Below, in pieces: positions 19,559-29,818 of a stretch of 64,000 bases of DNA; within the stretch, counting starts at the first letter, position 1, and every line of letters begins with the position of its first letter. Under the pieces are notes generated by a model. The model was not told the origin of the DNA and searched no databases. It saw nothing but the letters and a program-made list of their open reading frames with translations. Both the position numbers and the translations under genes were made by a program. The DNA lies in the NCBI GenBank assembly GCA_018653315.1, contig JABIAL010000021.1, positions 3,029-67,028 on the forward strand, written 5' to 3'. The DNA comes from a bacterium. Lineage in GTDB: Bacteria > Patescibacteriota > Patescibacteriia > UBA1558 > GWA2-36-10.

Positions 19559-21865
19559 ATGGCAAGAAGAAAAAAATACAAAAAACGAGGACGACCACAA
19601 ACTCGTCGTTATGAAGAGGAAGATTATCAGAGTGGTTGGTCGTTAGATTCTGAAACTAAAAAAGCAATTATTATAGTGATAATATTTTTAGCAGCCTTTT
19701 TGGGCTTGTTGTCTATGTTTGATGCTGCCGGTGCTTTTGGCGGTTTCTTGTCATCTGTTATGTCTTATGTTTTTGGTTGGGGTGATTGGTTATTTATTTT
19801 ATTATTATTATTTTTAGGTTATATATTATTAAATAGTGAAAAATATCTAGTACGAATTACTAACTACATTGGTTTAGTTTTAATTATCCTTGCTTATTCT
19901 GGTTTGTTTGATTTATTTATTGGAAACATTAATTATCAACAAGTAGTTGATACCGGTAAAGGAGGAGGAGCTTTGGGTTATGGAATTAGTGGGTTATTGG
20001 AAAACTTTTTGGGCTTTTGGGGAGCACTTTTAATTTTAATAGCTGCCTTATTAGTCGGCCTACTATTAGGTTTCAACACCTCCTTTAGGGCCATGGTAGA
20101 CAGAGCTAAGACGCTGGGCATTTTAAAAGAAAAATTATTACCAGAGGATAATGAAGAGGGCGAGTATGAAAATGATGACATTGAGGATGAAAATGCTTTT
20201 GTAGAAGAAGATGACACTGAAGAAGGTGGTGATTACGAAGAAGAAACCACTCAGGATGACGGAGACGAAGAAGAGGAAGACATTGAAGAAGAGGAGAAAT
20301 TGATTGCCACTACAACTACTGCTAAAAAAGTTCGTAAGATTATTATGCCGATGGAACTTTTAACTCACGCTCATTCTAAACCTAGCTCTGGTGACATTAA
20401 TGCTAATATGAGCAAAATTAAGGGCACCTTAGAAAACTTTGGTATTGAAGTTACTATGGGCGAAGTAAACGTGGGTCCGACTGTTACTCAATATACCTTA
20501 CGTCCAGCCGAAGGAGTTAAGTTGTCTCAAATACTAACTTTACAAAATGATTTAGCTCTATCTTTAGCAGCACATCCTTTACGTATTGAGGCACCGATTC
20601 CTGGTAAATCATTAGTAGGTGTTGAGGTGCCAAATCAGACCGTTTCCCTGGTTAAAATTAGAGAAATATTAGAAAGCGAAGCTTATTCCAAACGAAAAAA
20701 TAATCTACATATTTCTTTGGGACGTGATGTAGCAGGCACACCATTGATGGCCAATCTAGCTAAGATGCCCCATCTTTTGATTGCCGGAGCTACTGGTTCT
20801 GGTAAATCGGTTTGTATTAATAATGTTATTACTAGCTTAATTTATCAGAACTCTCCAGATGAATTAAAATTTATTATGGTCGATCCAAAGCGGGTAGAGT
20901 TAGCGGCGTATAATGATATTCCACACTTATTAACTCCAGTTGTTCATGAGACAGATAAGACTATCAATGCTTTGCGTTGGGCGGTCAAAGAAATGGACGA
21001 TCGTTATAAGCTCTTACAAGCGGCCGGTAAAAAAAATATCGAGTCATATAATAAATCAGTCATTGTTAATAAGATTCCTTATATTGTTATTATTATTGAT
21101 GAGTTAGCTGATTTAATGCAGACAGCAGCTAAAGAAGTAGAGGCGGCAATTATTCGTTTAGCACAAATGGCTAGAGCAATCGGTATTCATTTAGTTTTGG
21201 CTACCCAGCGCCCATCAACCAATGTAATAACTGGCTTAATTAAAGCTAACATTACCTCGAGGATTGCTTTTTCAGTTGCTTCAAATATTGACTCAAGGAC
21301 CATTATTGATTCAGCTGGGGCAGAAAAATTATTAGGCAATGGCGACATGTTATTTGTTACGGCTGAATCAAGTCACCCAAAACGTATTCAAGGAGCATTT
21401 ATTTCAGAAGAAGAGATAAATAGCGTAACAGATTATGTTAAGAGTCAAGCTGAGCCAGAGTACAAAGATGCGGTAGTAGAAAAAAGTAGTGGTTCATTTA
21501 CCGGTTTGTCATCTAACGGTGGTGATTATAATGATGAATTGACCTTAGACGCCAAAGAGATTGTTATTAAGGCTGGTAAAGCATCAGCTACATTATTGCA
21601 ACGTCGTTTGCGTGTTGGTTATGCTCGCGCGGCTAGATTACTGGATATTTTAGAAGAAATGGGCGTGGTTAGTCCAGCCGATGGCTCTAAACCAAGAGAG
21701 GTTTTTATTTCACAAGAAGAACTTGAAGAAAATTTTTCTTCTGATTTAGACGAAGAAGCCCTTCGACAAGCTCAGGATGACGAAGGTGGTCAAACAGAGC
21801 TTGAAGATTTTGAGGAGGAAGAAGATTCAGAAGGTGAACACGAAGACGAAGAGGAGGATAGATAA
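19559..21865 (+). CDS. ftsK: DNA translocase FtsK/SpoIIIE
   Basis: N-terminal TMs, PHLLIAGATGSGKS, IDELADLM, LATQRPS, gamma domain LQRRLRVGYARAARL. Confidence 0.97.
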   Translation: MARRKKYKKRGRPQTRRYEEEDYQSGWSLDSETKKAIIIVIIFLAAFLGLLSMFDAAGAFGGFLSSVMSYVFGWGDWLFILLLLFLGYILLNSEKYLVRITNYIGLVLIILAYSGLFDLFIGNINYQQVVDTGKGGGALGYGISGLLENFLGFWGALLILIAALLVGLLLGFNTSFRAMVDRAKTLGILKEKLLPEDNEEGEYENDDIEDENAFVEEDDTEEGGDYEEETTQDDGDEEEEDIEEEEKLIATTTTAKKVRKIIMPMELLTHAHSKPSSGDINANMSKIKGTLENFGIEVTMGEVNVGPTVTQYTLRPAEGVKLSQILTLQNDLALSLAAHPLRIEAPIPGKSLVGVEVPNQTVSLVKIREILESEAYSKRKNNLHISLGRDVAGTPLMANLAKMPHLLIAGATGSGKSVCINNVITSLIYQNSPDELKFIMVDPKRVELAAYNDIPHLLTPVVHETDKTINALRWAVKEMDDRYKLLQAAGKKNIESYNKSVIVNKIPYIVIIIDELADLMQTAAKEVEAAIIRLAQMARAIGIHLVLATQRPSTNVITGLIKANITSRIAFSVASNIDSRTIIDSAGAEKLLGNGDMLFVTAESSHPKRIQGAFISEEEINSVTDYVKSQAEPEYKDAVVEKSSGSFTGLSSNGGDYNDELTLDAKEIVIKAGKASATLLQRRLRVGYARAARLLDILEEMGVVSPADGSKPREVFISQEELEENFSSDLDEEALRQAQDDEGGQTELEDFEEEEDSEGEHEDEEEDR
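21758..21781 (+). repeat. CTTCGAC-type palindromic repeat in-frame in ftsK (ALRQAQDD)
   Basis: GCCCTTCGACAAGCTCAGGATGAC matches intergenic copies at 57037-57056 and 57240-57271 (reverse strand). Confidence 0.75.
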
Positions 21866-21880
21866 TATTAATTGTTTTTG

Positions 21881-22576
21881 ATGGCAAGTTGGCAAAGAAA
21901 AAAAATTAGCAAAGGACAGACAATTGCGGATAGATTCAAAAAAACTCGTTTAGAACAAGACCTGAGTTTAACCGATGTTCATCAAGCTACTAAAATCCAA
22001 ATAAAATATTTGGAAGCATTAGAAGATGGTGATTATCAGGCCCTACCGGGAGAAATTTATATTAGAACCTGGATAAAAATTTATTCAGAGTTTTTAAATT
22101 TACCAAAGCACGAATTATTAGCTGATTATAAATTAGAAAAAATAATTAGAGCCAAAACAGATCAACCAGAAAAAGTAAGCAAACAAACAAGTTCGAAATT
22201 TTCTTTTAAAAAGCGTTTAATGAAAATTTTGAGACCATATTTTTTAAAAAGAGCGGCAATTGTTTTAATACTTTTAATTTTTTTGAGTTATTTAGCTTGG
22301 GAAATAAACAATATTGTTTCACCGCCGTTTATTAATATTACTGATCCGGCTAATAATATAAAAACTATAGACAGTAGCATTGATATTATCGGACAAACAG
22401 AACCGGAAGTTCAATTAATGATTAATAATGAATTAGTATTGTTAGATAAGCAGGGGTATTTCATTGAAAATATTAATTTATCACCTGGCTTGAATAAATT
22501 ACAGATAAGTGCTAAAAAGAAGCATAGCAGGGCTCAAGTAGTAGAATTGAAAATTTTACGTGAGACCGCAGAATAG
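21881..22576 (+). CDS. RodZ-like HTH membrane protein with C-terminal Ig-like domain
   Basis: TKIQIKYLEALEDGDYQALPGEIY HTH_25 motif, one TM, beta-rich C-terminus; follows ftsK; ATG at 21881 preferred. Confidence 0.85.
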   Translation: MASWQRKKISKGQTIADRFKKTRLEQDLSLTDVHQATKIQIKYLEALEDGDYQALPGEIYIRTWIKIYSEFLNLPKHELLADYKLEKIIRAKTDQPEKVSKQTSSKFSFKKRLMKILRPYFLKRAAIVLILLIFLSYLAWEINNIVSPPFINITDPANNIKTIDSSIDIIGQTEPEVQLMINNELVLLDKQGYFIENINLSPGLNKLQISAKKKHSRAQVVELKILRETAE

Positions 22577-22635
22577 TTTATATATTATTAAATGAGCAAG
22601 TAAACAGGCTGCTTGCTCTATAGAGGAAGAAACGT

Positions 22636-23649
22636 ATGAGTGAAAAAAAGAAAGTTACAGGCGTAAAATTTAGTCAGGAAACCGAAAATGCTATTGCCCA
22701 AATTCGTAGTCGTTTTGGCGATGGGTCTATTATGAAATTAGGCGAAGCTAGGGCAATGAACGTAGAAGCAGTTAGTACTGGATGTTTATCTTTAGACATG
22801 GCCTTGGGTGTTGGTGGAGTACCAAGAGGTAGAATTGTAGAGATTTATGGTCCAGAAGCTTCTGGTAAAACTACTCTAGCGCAACACATAGTAGCCGAGA
22901 TACAAAAACAAGGTGAAATAGCTGCTTTTGTTGACGCTGAGCACGCTTTAGATCCGGAATATGCTAAAAAAATTGGAGTAAACATTGATGAGTTGCTAAT
23001 TTCTCAGCCAGACACTGGAGAACAGGCCTTAGAAATTGTTGAAACCCTAGTTCGCTCTAATGGTGTAGCTGTGATAGTGGTTGATTCAGTGGCTGCTTTA
23101 GTACCCAAAAAAGAGATTGAAGGTGACATGGGTGATTCGCATATGGGGTTACAGGCTCGTTTGATGAGTCAGGCATTGAGAAAATTAGCCGGCATAGTAC
23201 ACAAAAGTAATACTACTATTATCTTCATCAATCAGATTCGCATGAAAATCGGAGTTTTCTTTGGTAACCCAGAGACGACTACTGGTGGTAATGCTTTGAA
23301 ATTTTATTCTTCAGTTAGAATTGAAGTTAGACGCTCAGCTCAAATCAAACAAGGAGAAAAAATCATTGGTAATCAAGTTAAAGCTAAGGTAGTAAAAAAT
23401 AAAGTAGCTGCACCATTTAAGAATACTACTTTTGACATTATGTATAACGAAGGTATTTCACTTGCTGGAGATATCTTAGATACTGGTTTAACATTTGAGG
23501 TTATTTCTAAATCTGGTAATTCATATAGTTACGGTGATGTTAAATTGGGAGTCGGTAGAGAAACCGTTAAAAGATATTTAAAAGAAAATCCAAAATTAAT
23601 CGCAGAAATTAGAAAAAAGATTTGGCAAGAATACAAAGCGGCTGAATAA
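22636..23649 (+). CDS. recA: recombinase RecA
   Basis: [15 protein letters not shown] and GGNALKFY motifs. Confidence 0.99.
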   Translation: MSEKKKVTGVKFSQETENAIAQIRSRFGDGSIMKLGEARAMNVEAVSTGCLSLDMALGVGGVPRGRIVEIYGPEASGKTTLAQHIVAEIQKQGEIAAFVDAEHALDPEYAKKIGVNIDELLISQPDTGEQALEIVETLVRSNGVAVIVVDSVAALVPKKEIEGDMGDSHMGLQARLMSQALRKLAGIVHKSNTTIIFINQIRMKIGVFFGNPETTTGGNALKFYSSVRIEVRRSAQIKQGEKIIGNQVKAKVVKNKVAAPFKNTTFDIMYNEGISLAGDILDTGLTFEVISKSGNSYSYGDVKLGVGRETVKRYLKENPKLIAEIRKKIWQEYKAAE

Positions 23650-23670
23650 AAAATGTAAATAAAACTAAAC

Positions 23671-23708
23671 ATAATCCCCTGCTTCTTTAGAAAACAGGGG
23701 ATTGTTTT
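23671..23708 (+). terminator. intrinsic terminator after recA
   Basis: AATCCCCTG/CAGGGGATT stem followed by T residues. Confidence 0.7.
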
Positions 23709-23736
23709 AAGCAATTATTTTCGCTATAATATCCTT

Positions 23737-25164
23737 ATGTCAACAGCTAATAAAATATTTACTAACACTATTTGGCAGGTAGCTATTAGGGCTATCAGTA
23801 TTTTGATTGGGATAATAAATCTAGGTTTTATTACTCGTATTTTAGGAGCTACAAACTTTGGATTTTATACTACAATTTTTGCCTTTGTCCAAATGTTCAT
23901 GATTCTAGCTGATCTTGGTTTGTATTTAACCCTTTTAAGAGAGGTCTCTAGTACGGATTCTAAAAAAGATGAAACTAAAATAGTTAATAATATTTTTACT
24001 ATTCGTCTTGTATCCTCACTTATTTTATTATCTGCTGCTCCATTTGTAGTTCAACTATTCCCCTATGCGCCAGAAGTCAAAACTAACTTGATTTATTTTT
24101 TAATAGCTTTCTTTTTCCAAAGCCTTACTTCTACCTTGTCTGCTGTTTTTGCCAAAAAATTTGCTATGCCTAAAGTGGCCTTAGCAGATTTAATAAATAA
24201 GCTACTCTATTTAGGTATTTTGGGGTATTTATTTATTATGGGTGGTAAGCTGTCAGCGGTTTTATTGGGTAACTCTATTACACAGGTAATTGCTTTTATT
24301 ATTTTCTTTATTTTTTTACGTAAATATATAAAATTACGTTTTGCTTGGGATTTTATTTATTGGCGACAAGTAATGATTCAAACTTGGCCCTTGGCCTTAA
24401 CTGTGGTTTTAAATTTAGTTTATTTTAAGGCTGACACTTTAATTTTGTCTATTTTTGCCAGTCCTAAAGATGTAGGTTTATATGGTGCTCCTTATCGTAT
24501 TTTAGAAGTACTAACAACCTTTCCGCATATGTTTATGGGTTTAATTTTGCCTTTGTTTACTGCAGCTTGGTTGAAAAAAGACTTGTTTAAGTTACGTCAA
24601 ATTTATCAAAATTCTTTTGATTTTTTTGTTATGTTGACTATTGGTTTTATGATAGTCATCTGGCTAGCTAGTAGTTCTATTATGTCTGTTTTAGCGGGTT
24701 CTGAATTTATTGCCTCTGGACCAATTTTAAATATTTTGATTATTGCTACAACAGCTATTTATTTTGGTACGCTATTTACCTATTTAGTTGTAGCGATGTC
24801 TTTACAAAAAAAGATGATAAAATATTTTTTAATATCAGCCATCGTTGGTTTAGTGGGGTATTTTATTTTAATTCCAAAGTTTGGTTATTTAGCAGCAGCT
24901 TGGATGACAGTAGTAGTTGAAGTGATTATTTGGATATTTGCTTATTGGGTAGTAAAAAAGCATGTTAATTTAAAAACAGACATGACAGTTGTTTGGAAGA
25001 GCGGTGAGGCAGCTTTTGCAGCCTTGTTCGTTGGTTGGTTATTACATAATTTTCATCCATTAATCATGTCGGCGGTAGCCTTATTAGTTTATACTGCTTT
25101 ATTATATTTTTTAAAAGCAATCGATAAACAAGCAATTAAGCAATTACTTAACAAAGAAAGTTAA
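23737..25164 (+). CDS. Wzx-type polysaccharide flippase (MOP superfamily)
   Basis: About 14 TMs; ADLGL, VYFKADTLIL and VGLYGAPYR motifs. Confidence 0.88.
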   Translation: MSTANKIFTNTIWQVAIRAISILIGIINLGFITRILGATNFGFYTTIFAFVQMFMILADLGLYLTLLREVSSTDSKKDETKIVNNIFTIRLVSSLILLSAAPFVVQLFPYAPEVKTNLIYFLIAFFFQSLTSTLSAVFAKKFAMPKVALADLINKLLYLGILGYLFIMGGKLSAVLLGNSITQVIAFIIFFIFLRKYIKLRFAWDFIYWRQVMIQTWPLALTVVLNLVYFKADTLILSIFASPKDVGLYGAPYRILEVLTTFPHMFMGLILPLFTAAWLKKDLFKLRQIYQNSFDFFVMLTIGFMIVIWLASSSIMSVLAGSEFIASGPILNILIIATTAIYFGTLFTYLVVAMSLQKKMIKYFLISAIVGLVGYFILIPKFGYLAAAWMTVVVEVIIWIFAYWVVKKHVNLKTDMTVVWKSGEAAFAALFVGWLLHNFHPLIMSAVALLVYTALLYFLKAIDKQAIKQLLNKES

Positions 25165-26456
25165 TGTTAGAAATTTTAGCTATAATTTGTTTGGGAGGAT
25201 TTTTACTGATAGCCAAGCGTAGTGTTGTCTGGGCCTTGGCGTTAATAATTTTATTGTTGCCTAGTTATTTATGGCGCCTAGATTTCTTAGGCTGGCCAAC
25301 AACCTTTTTGGAATTAATGATTGTTGGATTATTTATTTTTTGGTTAATTAAACAACAGCGACGACAAAAAATTAATTGGCGCCTAAGTGGTTTTGCTAAT
25401 AGGATAGCTAAACCATGGCGTTATTTCATATTAACTTGGTTATTGGTCAGTGTTATTGCTTTGATTTTTAATTTTAATTTATCAGCTCTTGGTTTATGGC
25501 GAGCATATTTTTTGGAACCAATTTTATTTTTATTAATATTTTTATACTCTGTTAAAAATAAAGAAGATCGACAAATTATATTTTATGGCCTAGGTGGTTT
25601 GGTTGTGTGGTTAGCTTTTGTTGCTATCTGGCAGAGTTTTACGGCCTGGAATTTACCAGCTGCTTATAATGAGCCTAATATTAAAAGGCTAACTGCAGTT
25701 TTTGCTTATCCTAATGCTTTGAGTTTATTGATCGCGCCTATTACGGCCTGGTTTACTGGTCTATGGCTAAGCAGTAAACATAAAAGTAAAGAGCTGGCTT
25801 ATTTAGGAGTAATCTTTTTAGGAATTTTATTATTAGTTTCCACCAAGAGCGAAGGAGCACTGTTGGCTTTTGGCTTTAGTTTATTATTTTATTTTTTCTT
25901 TGCCAAAATAGCCAATAAAAAGAAGTTGGCATTAGTTATAATTTTAATTCTAGCCATATTTTTGACACCTGCTAAAAATTATATTACTCAAGCTACAAAC
26001 GATATTTTACAGCCAAACTCGAATCAACATACAAGCTCTTTAGCTGTACGTAGTTTGCAGTGGCAGGAAACTACAGAATTATTACAGGATCATTGGCTGG
26101 TCGGAGCGGGTATTAATGGTTACCAAAAAATGATGGTAAATTACCATCAAATTACTTGGTTGGAAATATTTTTATATCCCCACAATATATTTTTGAATTT
26201 TTGGGTAGAATTAGGCTTCTTAGGTTTGCTACTTTTTATTACTTTGATGTCTTATTTAGCTAGAACGTGCTATGGGCTAATTAAAAATCAACATTATCTA
26301 GCCTGGGCCCTGACCTTGGCTTGGTTAACTTGGTTTGTTCATGGCTTAGTCGATGTGCCGTATTTTAAGAATGATTTAAGCGTTTTATTTTTTATATTAT
26401 TAGGACTTACTATACTAGCTGTTCGTGATAATAAATCCAACTCACGATTGTTATAA
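25164..26456 (+). CDS. O-antigen ligase / Wzy_C family membrane protein
   Basis: RLTAVFAYPNAL, GAGING, YPHNIFLNFWVELG and HGLVD motifs. Confidence 0.88.
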   Translation: MLEILAIICLGGFLLIAKRSVVWALALIILLLPSYLWRLDFLGWPTTFLELMIVGLFIFWLIKQQRRQKINWRLSGFANRIAKPWRYFILTWLLVSVIALIFNFNLSALGLWRAYFLEPILFLLIFLYSVKNKEDRQIIFYGLGGLVVWLAFVAIWQSFTAWNLPAAYNEPNIKRLTAVFAYPNALSLLIAPITAWFTGLWLSSKHKSKELAYLGVIFLGILLLVSTKSEGALLAFGFSLLFYFFFAKIANKKKLALVIILILAIFLTPAKNYITQATNDILQPNSNQHTSSLAVRSLQWQETTELLQDHWLVGAGINGYQKMMVNYHQITWLEIFLYPHNIFLNFWVELGFLGLLLFITLMSYLARTCYGLIKNQHYLAWALTLAWLTWFVHGLVDVPYFKNDLSVLFFILLGLTILAVRDNKSNSRLL

Positions 26457-27801
26457 AATACAAGATCCCAAAAATATGAAAGATAGCTGGCGTGGTAATG
26501 TTGATTAACATTATCGCTAAAACGCTAGCTAATAAACCGAGATATAATTCTTGGTTTTTTGTTTGTTCAAAAACACGTTTCATTAAAAAGCCTAGTAAAA
26601 TTAAAGTAAATAGTAATCCAGCTAGTCCCCACTTAATCCAAATTTCGAACCAACCCCAATCAAAATGACGAGTGTTTATTTCATCAGTAATTACGCTCTG
26701 TCCCAAGCCTTGTCCCAAGATAGGCGCATCTTTTATCATGTCTACAATAGGCGGCAATAGCTCCATTCGGCTTTGTGAACTGACCTCTGTTTGGGGTGCG
26801 GTAATGCCACTAAATTTTATACCTAAAATTCCCCAGCCATTATCTGCACCTTGGCTGCTGACAATATTTATTATCGTAAATATACTAAAAATAATTAGAA
26901 TATTTAAAATAAGTATTTTAAACCAGCTTCTCCAGCTATTTTTATATTTCAAAATTAATAAACCGAGTAGTAACCCCAAAATATAAGCGCGAGAAATATT
27001 TAAACTAAAAATTAAACCACTTAACAATAATAAAACTAAATAAAAATTATGTTTATACTTTAACCAAGCCGTAGAGATGATCAAAATCACGGGCACCAGT
27101 AACAATTGCTCAGGAAAAACTATGCGCCAGAAATAAATGCTAGAGGCAGTGATTTTAGCTAAGGCAAAATCGCGCAACCAATTATAATAAGGTTGATGAA
27201 GTACAGCTAGATCAGTAGTAAATAAAATAAAATTAAATAAAGTCCAGGAAGCACTACTTATTAACCAGACAAAAAGCAATCGCGCTAAAAAGATTTTGTT
27301 ATTTTTATTTTTCCAAAAGTGATAAAGAGGAAAGATTAAGAAAATAAAAATTATCGGAATCAAATCCTGAATGATTAGTGGCAGAGGATTATGATTTTGC
27401 CAACCAATCAATGCAGCGGCAAATATGATGACAAAAAATATTGATAAGCTATAAACTATTTTTTTTGGCAGCTGTAATAATTCTTTGTGTTTTAGACTAT
27501 AAGAAAAATATAAAATCAAGAAAACTATAGTTAATAAAGTTCTCAATGACATGTCAGTTAATTCAAAAAAATGTCCTACGCCACCAAGTAGATATTCAGC
27601 TAATAAAAACTGTAAGGCATAATGCCAATTTTTATTAAATAAGTAAATTAGTATTATTAAAGCACTAATAACAACTAGGCCTTGTAAAAAAACAGCATCT
27701 CTTAAAGTAAAAGATAATAGTCTAACAGAAAAAAAGGCTAAAATTAGCCAATAAACTTGAGTAGAAATTATCTTTGCTTTTATATTGGAAAATGCTAACA
27801 T
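26410..27801 (-). CDS. O-antigen ligase-like membrane protein
   Basis: Multi-TM; ISRAYILG, PILGQGLG and WIKWGLAG motifs. Confidence 0.75.
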   Translation of the reverse strand: MLAFSNIKAKIISTQVYWLILAFFSVRLLSFTLRDAVFLQGLVVISALIILIYLFNKNWHYALQFLLAEYLLGGVGHFFELTDMSLRTLLTIVFLILYFSYSLKHKELLQLPKKIVYSLSIFFVIIFAAALIGWQNHNPLPLIIQDLIPIIFIFLIFPLYHFWKNKNNKIFLARLLFVWLISSASWTLFNFILFTTDLAVLHQPYYNWLRDFALAKITASSIYFWRIVFPEQLLLVPVILIISTAWLKYKHNFYLVLLLLSGLIFSLNISRAYILGLLLGLLILKYKNSWRSWFKILILNILIIFSIFTIINIVSSQGADNGWGILGIKFSGITAPQTEVSSQSRMELLPPIVDMIKDAPILGQGLGQSVITDEINTRHFDWGWFEIWIKWGLAGLLFTLILLGFLMKRVFEQTKNQELYLGLLASVLAIMLINITTPAIFHIFGILYFITIVSWIYYHEQLV

Positions 27802-27828
27802 AACATAGATATTGTAACATTATTTTAT

Positions 27829-27894
27829 GGAGGCGTGCTAGAGTGGTTCCTGCCTGCCGGCAGGCAGGTAATAAGGCGATCCCGCCAGAGGCGG
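27829..27894 (+). pseudogene. duplicated 5' fragment of tRNA-Ser interrupted by palindromic repeats
   Basis: GGAGGCGTGCTAGAGTGGTT (18/20 match to the tRNA 5' end), then CCTGCCTGCCGGCAGGCAGG, TAAT, and a CCGCC-AGA-GGCGG hairpin. Confidence 0.75.
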
Positions 27895-27916
27895 AAATAA
27901 TGATAATTTATATTTT

Positions 27917-28004
27917 GGAGGCGTGGCAGAGTGGTTTAATGCGTTGCTTTCGAAAAGCAATGTCTCGCAAGGGACCGAGGGTTCGAATCCTTCCGCCTCC
28001 GCCA
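27917..28004 (+). tRNA. tRNA-Ser(CGA)
   Basis: GGAGGCG acceptor, TTGCT-TT-CGA-AA-AGCAA anticodon arm, long variable arm, GTTCGAATC, GCCA end. Confidence 0.96.
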
Positions 28005-28032
28005 ATGTTTATTTTAAATTAATTTAAATCAT

Positions 28033-29148
28033 ATGAAAAACGCAAAAAAAATCATTGACTCTTTATTGACCGGTACCGGCATTACTATCAATGGATCAAA
28101 TGTTTATGATCCGCAAGTACACAACGATAAGTTTTATAGCCGAGTTTTAAGAGGTGGTTCTTTAGCGCTTGGCGAGTCTTATATGGATGGTTGGTGGGAC
28201 TGTGAAAAACTTGATCAGTTTTTTCATAAGGTTCTCAAAGCAAATTTAGATGAACGCATTAAGAAAAATTTAGACTTAATGCTTAGAATTGCCTGGAATT
28301 TTGTTTTAAATCCAGGTAGAGAATCCAAGGCTTTTGAAGTAGGTGAAAAGCATTATGATATTGGTAATGCTTTATATCGTCAGATGCTTGATAAACGCCT
28401 TACCTATACTTGTGGTTATTGGAAAGACGTACAAGATTTAGATGAGGCAGAAGAAGCAAAATTAGACTTAGTTTGTAGAAAGATTGGACTTAATACTGGA
28501 CAGAGTATATTAGATATTGGTTCTGGTTGGGGCAGTTTCATTGGCTATGCTGCTGAAAAATATGATGCTCATACAGTTGGCTATACTATTTCCAGAGAAC
28601 AAAAAGAACTAGCCGACGAGATGTATAAAAAATATTCCGCTGAAACCAGGTTACAAGATTATCGTAATATTAATGAAAAATTTGACCATGTTGTTTCAAT
28701 CGGGATGTTTGAACATGTGGGCTATAAAAACCACCGTACTTTTATGAAGGTTGCTAGTAAGTCATTAAAAGATGATGGTTTATTTTTGTTACATACTATA
28801 GCTGGTAATAAGTCAGTCAAAGCGACTGATTCCTGGATTAATAAACATATTTTTCCAAATAGCATGTTGCCATCTATGACTCAGATCGGCAAAGCAATTG
28901 AGGGATTATTTGTGATAGAGGACGTGCATAATTTTGGTCCTGATTATGATAAGACATTGATGGCTTGGTTTGCTAATTTTGATAAGGCTTGGCCAGGGAT
29001 AAAACAAAATTATTCCGAACGTTTTTATCGTATGTGGAAATATTATCTTTTGTCCTGTGCTGGTAGTTTTCGAGCTAGACGTATTCAATTATGGCAAATT
29101 GTTTTGTCTAAACATGGAGTCGCTAATGGATATAAATCAGTTAGATAA
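28033..29148 (+). CDS. cfa: cyclopropane-fatty-acyl-phospholipid synthase
   Basis: LALGESYMDGWW, HYDIGN, YTCGYW, LDIGSGWG, SIGMFEHVG and FYRMWKYYL motifs. Confidence 0.95.
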   Translation: MKNAKKIIDSLLTGTGITINGSNVYDPQVHNDKFYSRVLRGGSLALGESYMDGWWDCEKLDQFFHKVLKANLDERIKKNLDLMLRIAWNFVLNPGRESKAFEVGEKHYDIGNALYRQMLDKRLTYTCGYWKDVQDLDEAEEAKLDLVCRKIGLNTGQSILDIGSGWGSFIGYAAEKYDAHTVGYTISREQKELADEMYKKYSAETRLQDYRNINEKFDHVVSIGMFEHVGYKNHRTFMKVASKSLKDDGLFLLHTIAGNKSVKATDSWINKHIFPNSMLPSMTQIGKAIEGLFVIEDVHNFGPDYDKTLMAWFANFDKAWPGIKQNYSERFYRMWKYYLLSCAGSFRARRIQLWQIVLSKHGVANGYKSVR

Positions 29149-29227
29149 TAGCTCGTAATTATTGATATTTTATACATAATCAGTAACACATCTATTGGGT
29201 TGCCGGTTTTTTTGTTATAATGAAAAT

Positions 29228-29818
29228 ATGAAAAAAATACAGACAACGATGAGTACGCGTATACTATTATTGGTTAATATATTTCCGATTATTGGGATTA
29301 TATTTTTTGATTGGAATATTTTCAGTATCTTTTTTCTATATTGGGCAGAATCAGCAGCAATAGGTATTTTTAATATTTTCAAGATGTTTAAAATTGGTGG
29401 TCCACTTTCTGTGCCATTGGTAATATTTTTTATATTCCATTACTCGGTTTTTATGATGGCTCATTTGATGTTTATCATGGTCTTATTTAATCCAGGAGGC
29501 ATGTTGATGGTAATGAATCAATCAGATTTAATAATTTATTTCAAAGATATTTATATTGTTTTGGCATTTATATTTATTAGTCATGGTTTTTCATTTGTAG
29601 TTAATTTTTATCAAAAAAAAGAATACAGCAAAACAACCTTAGGTAAACAAATGGGTGCTCCGTATGCTCGCATCATAATAATGCAACTAGCTATTATATT
29701 TGGTGGTTTTTTACTGATGTTATTGCATAGTCAAATATTAGTGGCTATATTGTTAGTTGCTCTTAAGATATTCTTTGATCTTAAGGCACATAATAAAGAA
29801 CATTTAATAAAAACATGA
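29228..29818 (+). CDS. DUF6498-like membrane protein
   Basis: FLYWAES, FFIFHY, ISHGFSF and PYARI motifs; ATG at 29228 preferred. Confidence 0.75.
   Translation: MKKIQTTMSTRILLLVNIFPIIGIIFFDWNIFSIFFLYWAESAAIGIFNIFKMFKIGGPLSVPLVIFFIFHYSVFMMAHLMFIMVLFNPGGMLMVMNQSDLIIYFKDIYIVLAFIFISHGFSFVVNFYQKKEYSKTTLGKQMGAPYARIIIMQLAIIFGGFLLMLLHSQILVAILLVALKIFFDLKAHNKEHLIKT

Noticed and set aside
27829-27894. Split or intron-containing tRNA interpretation of the tRNA fragments
   Set aside because: Fragments lack anticodon and T arms, intact genes lie immediately downstream, and no bulge-helix-bulge or group I features are visible.
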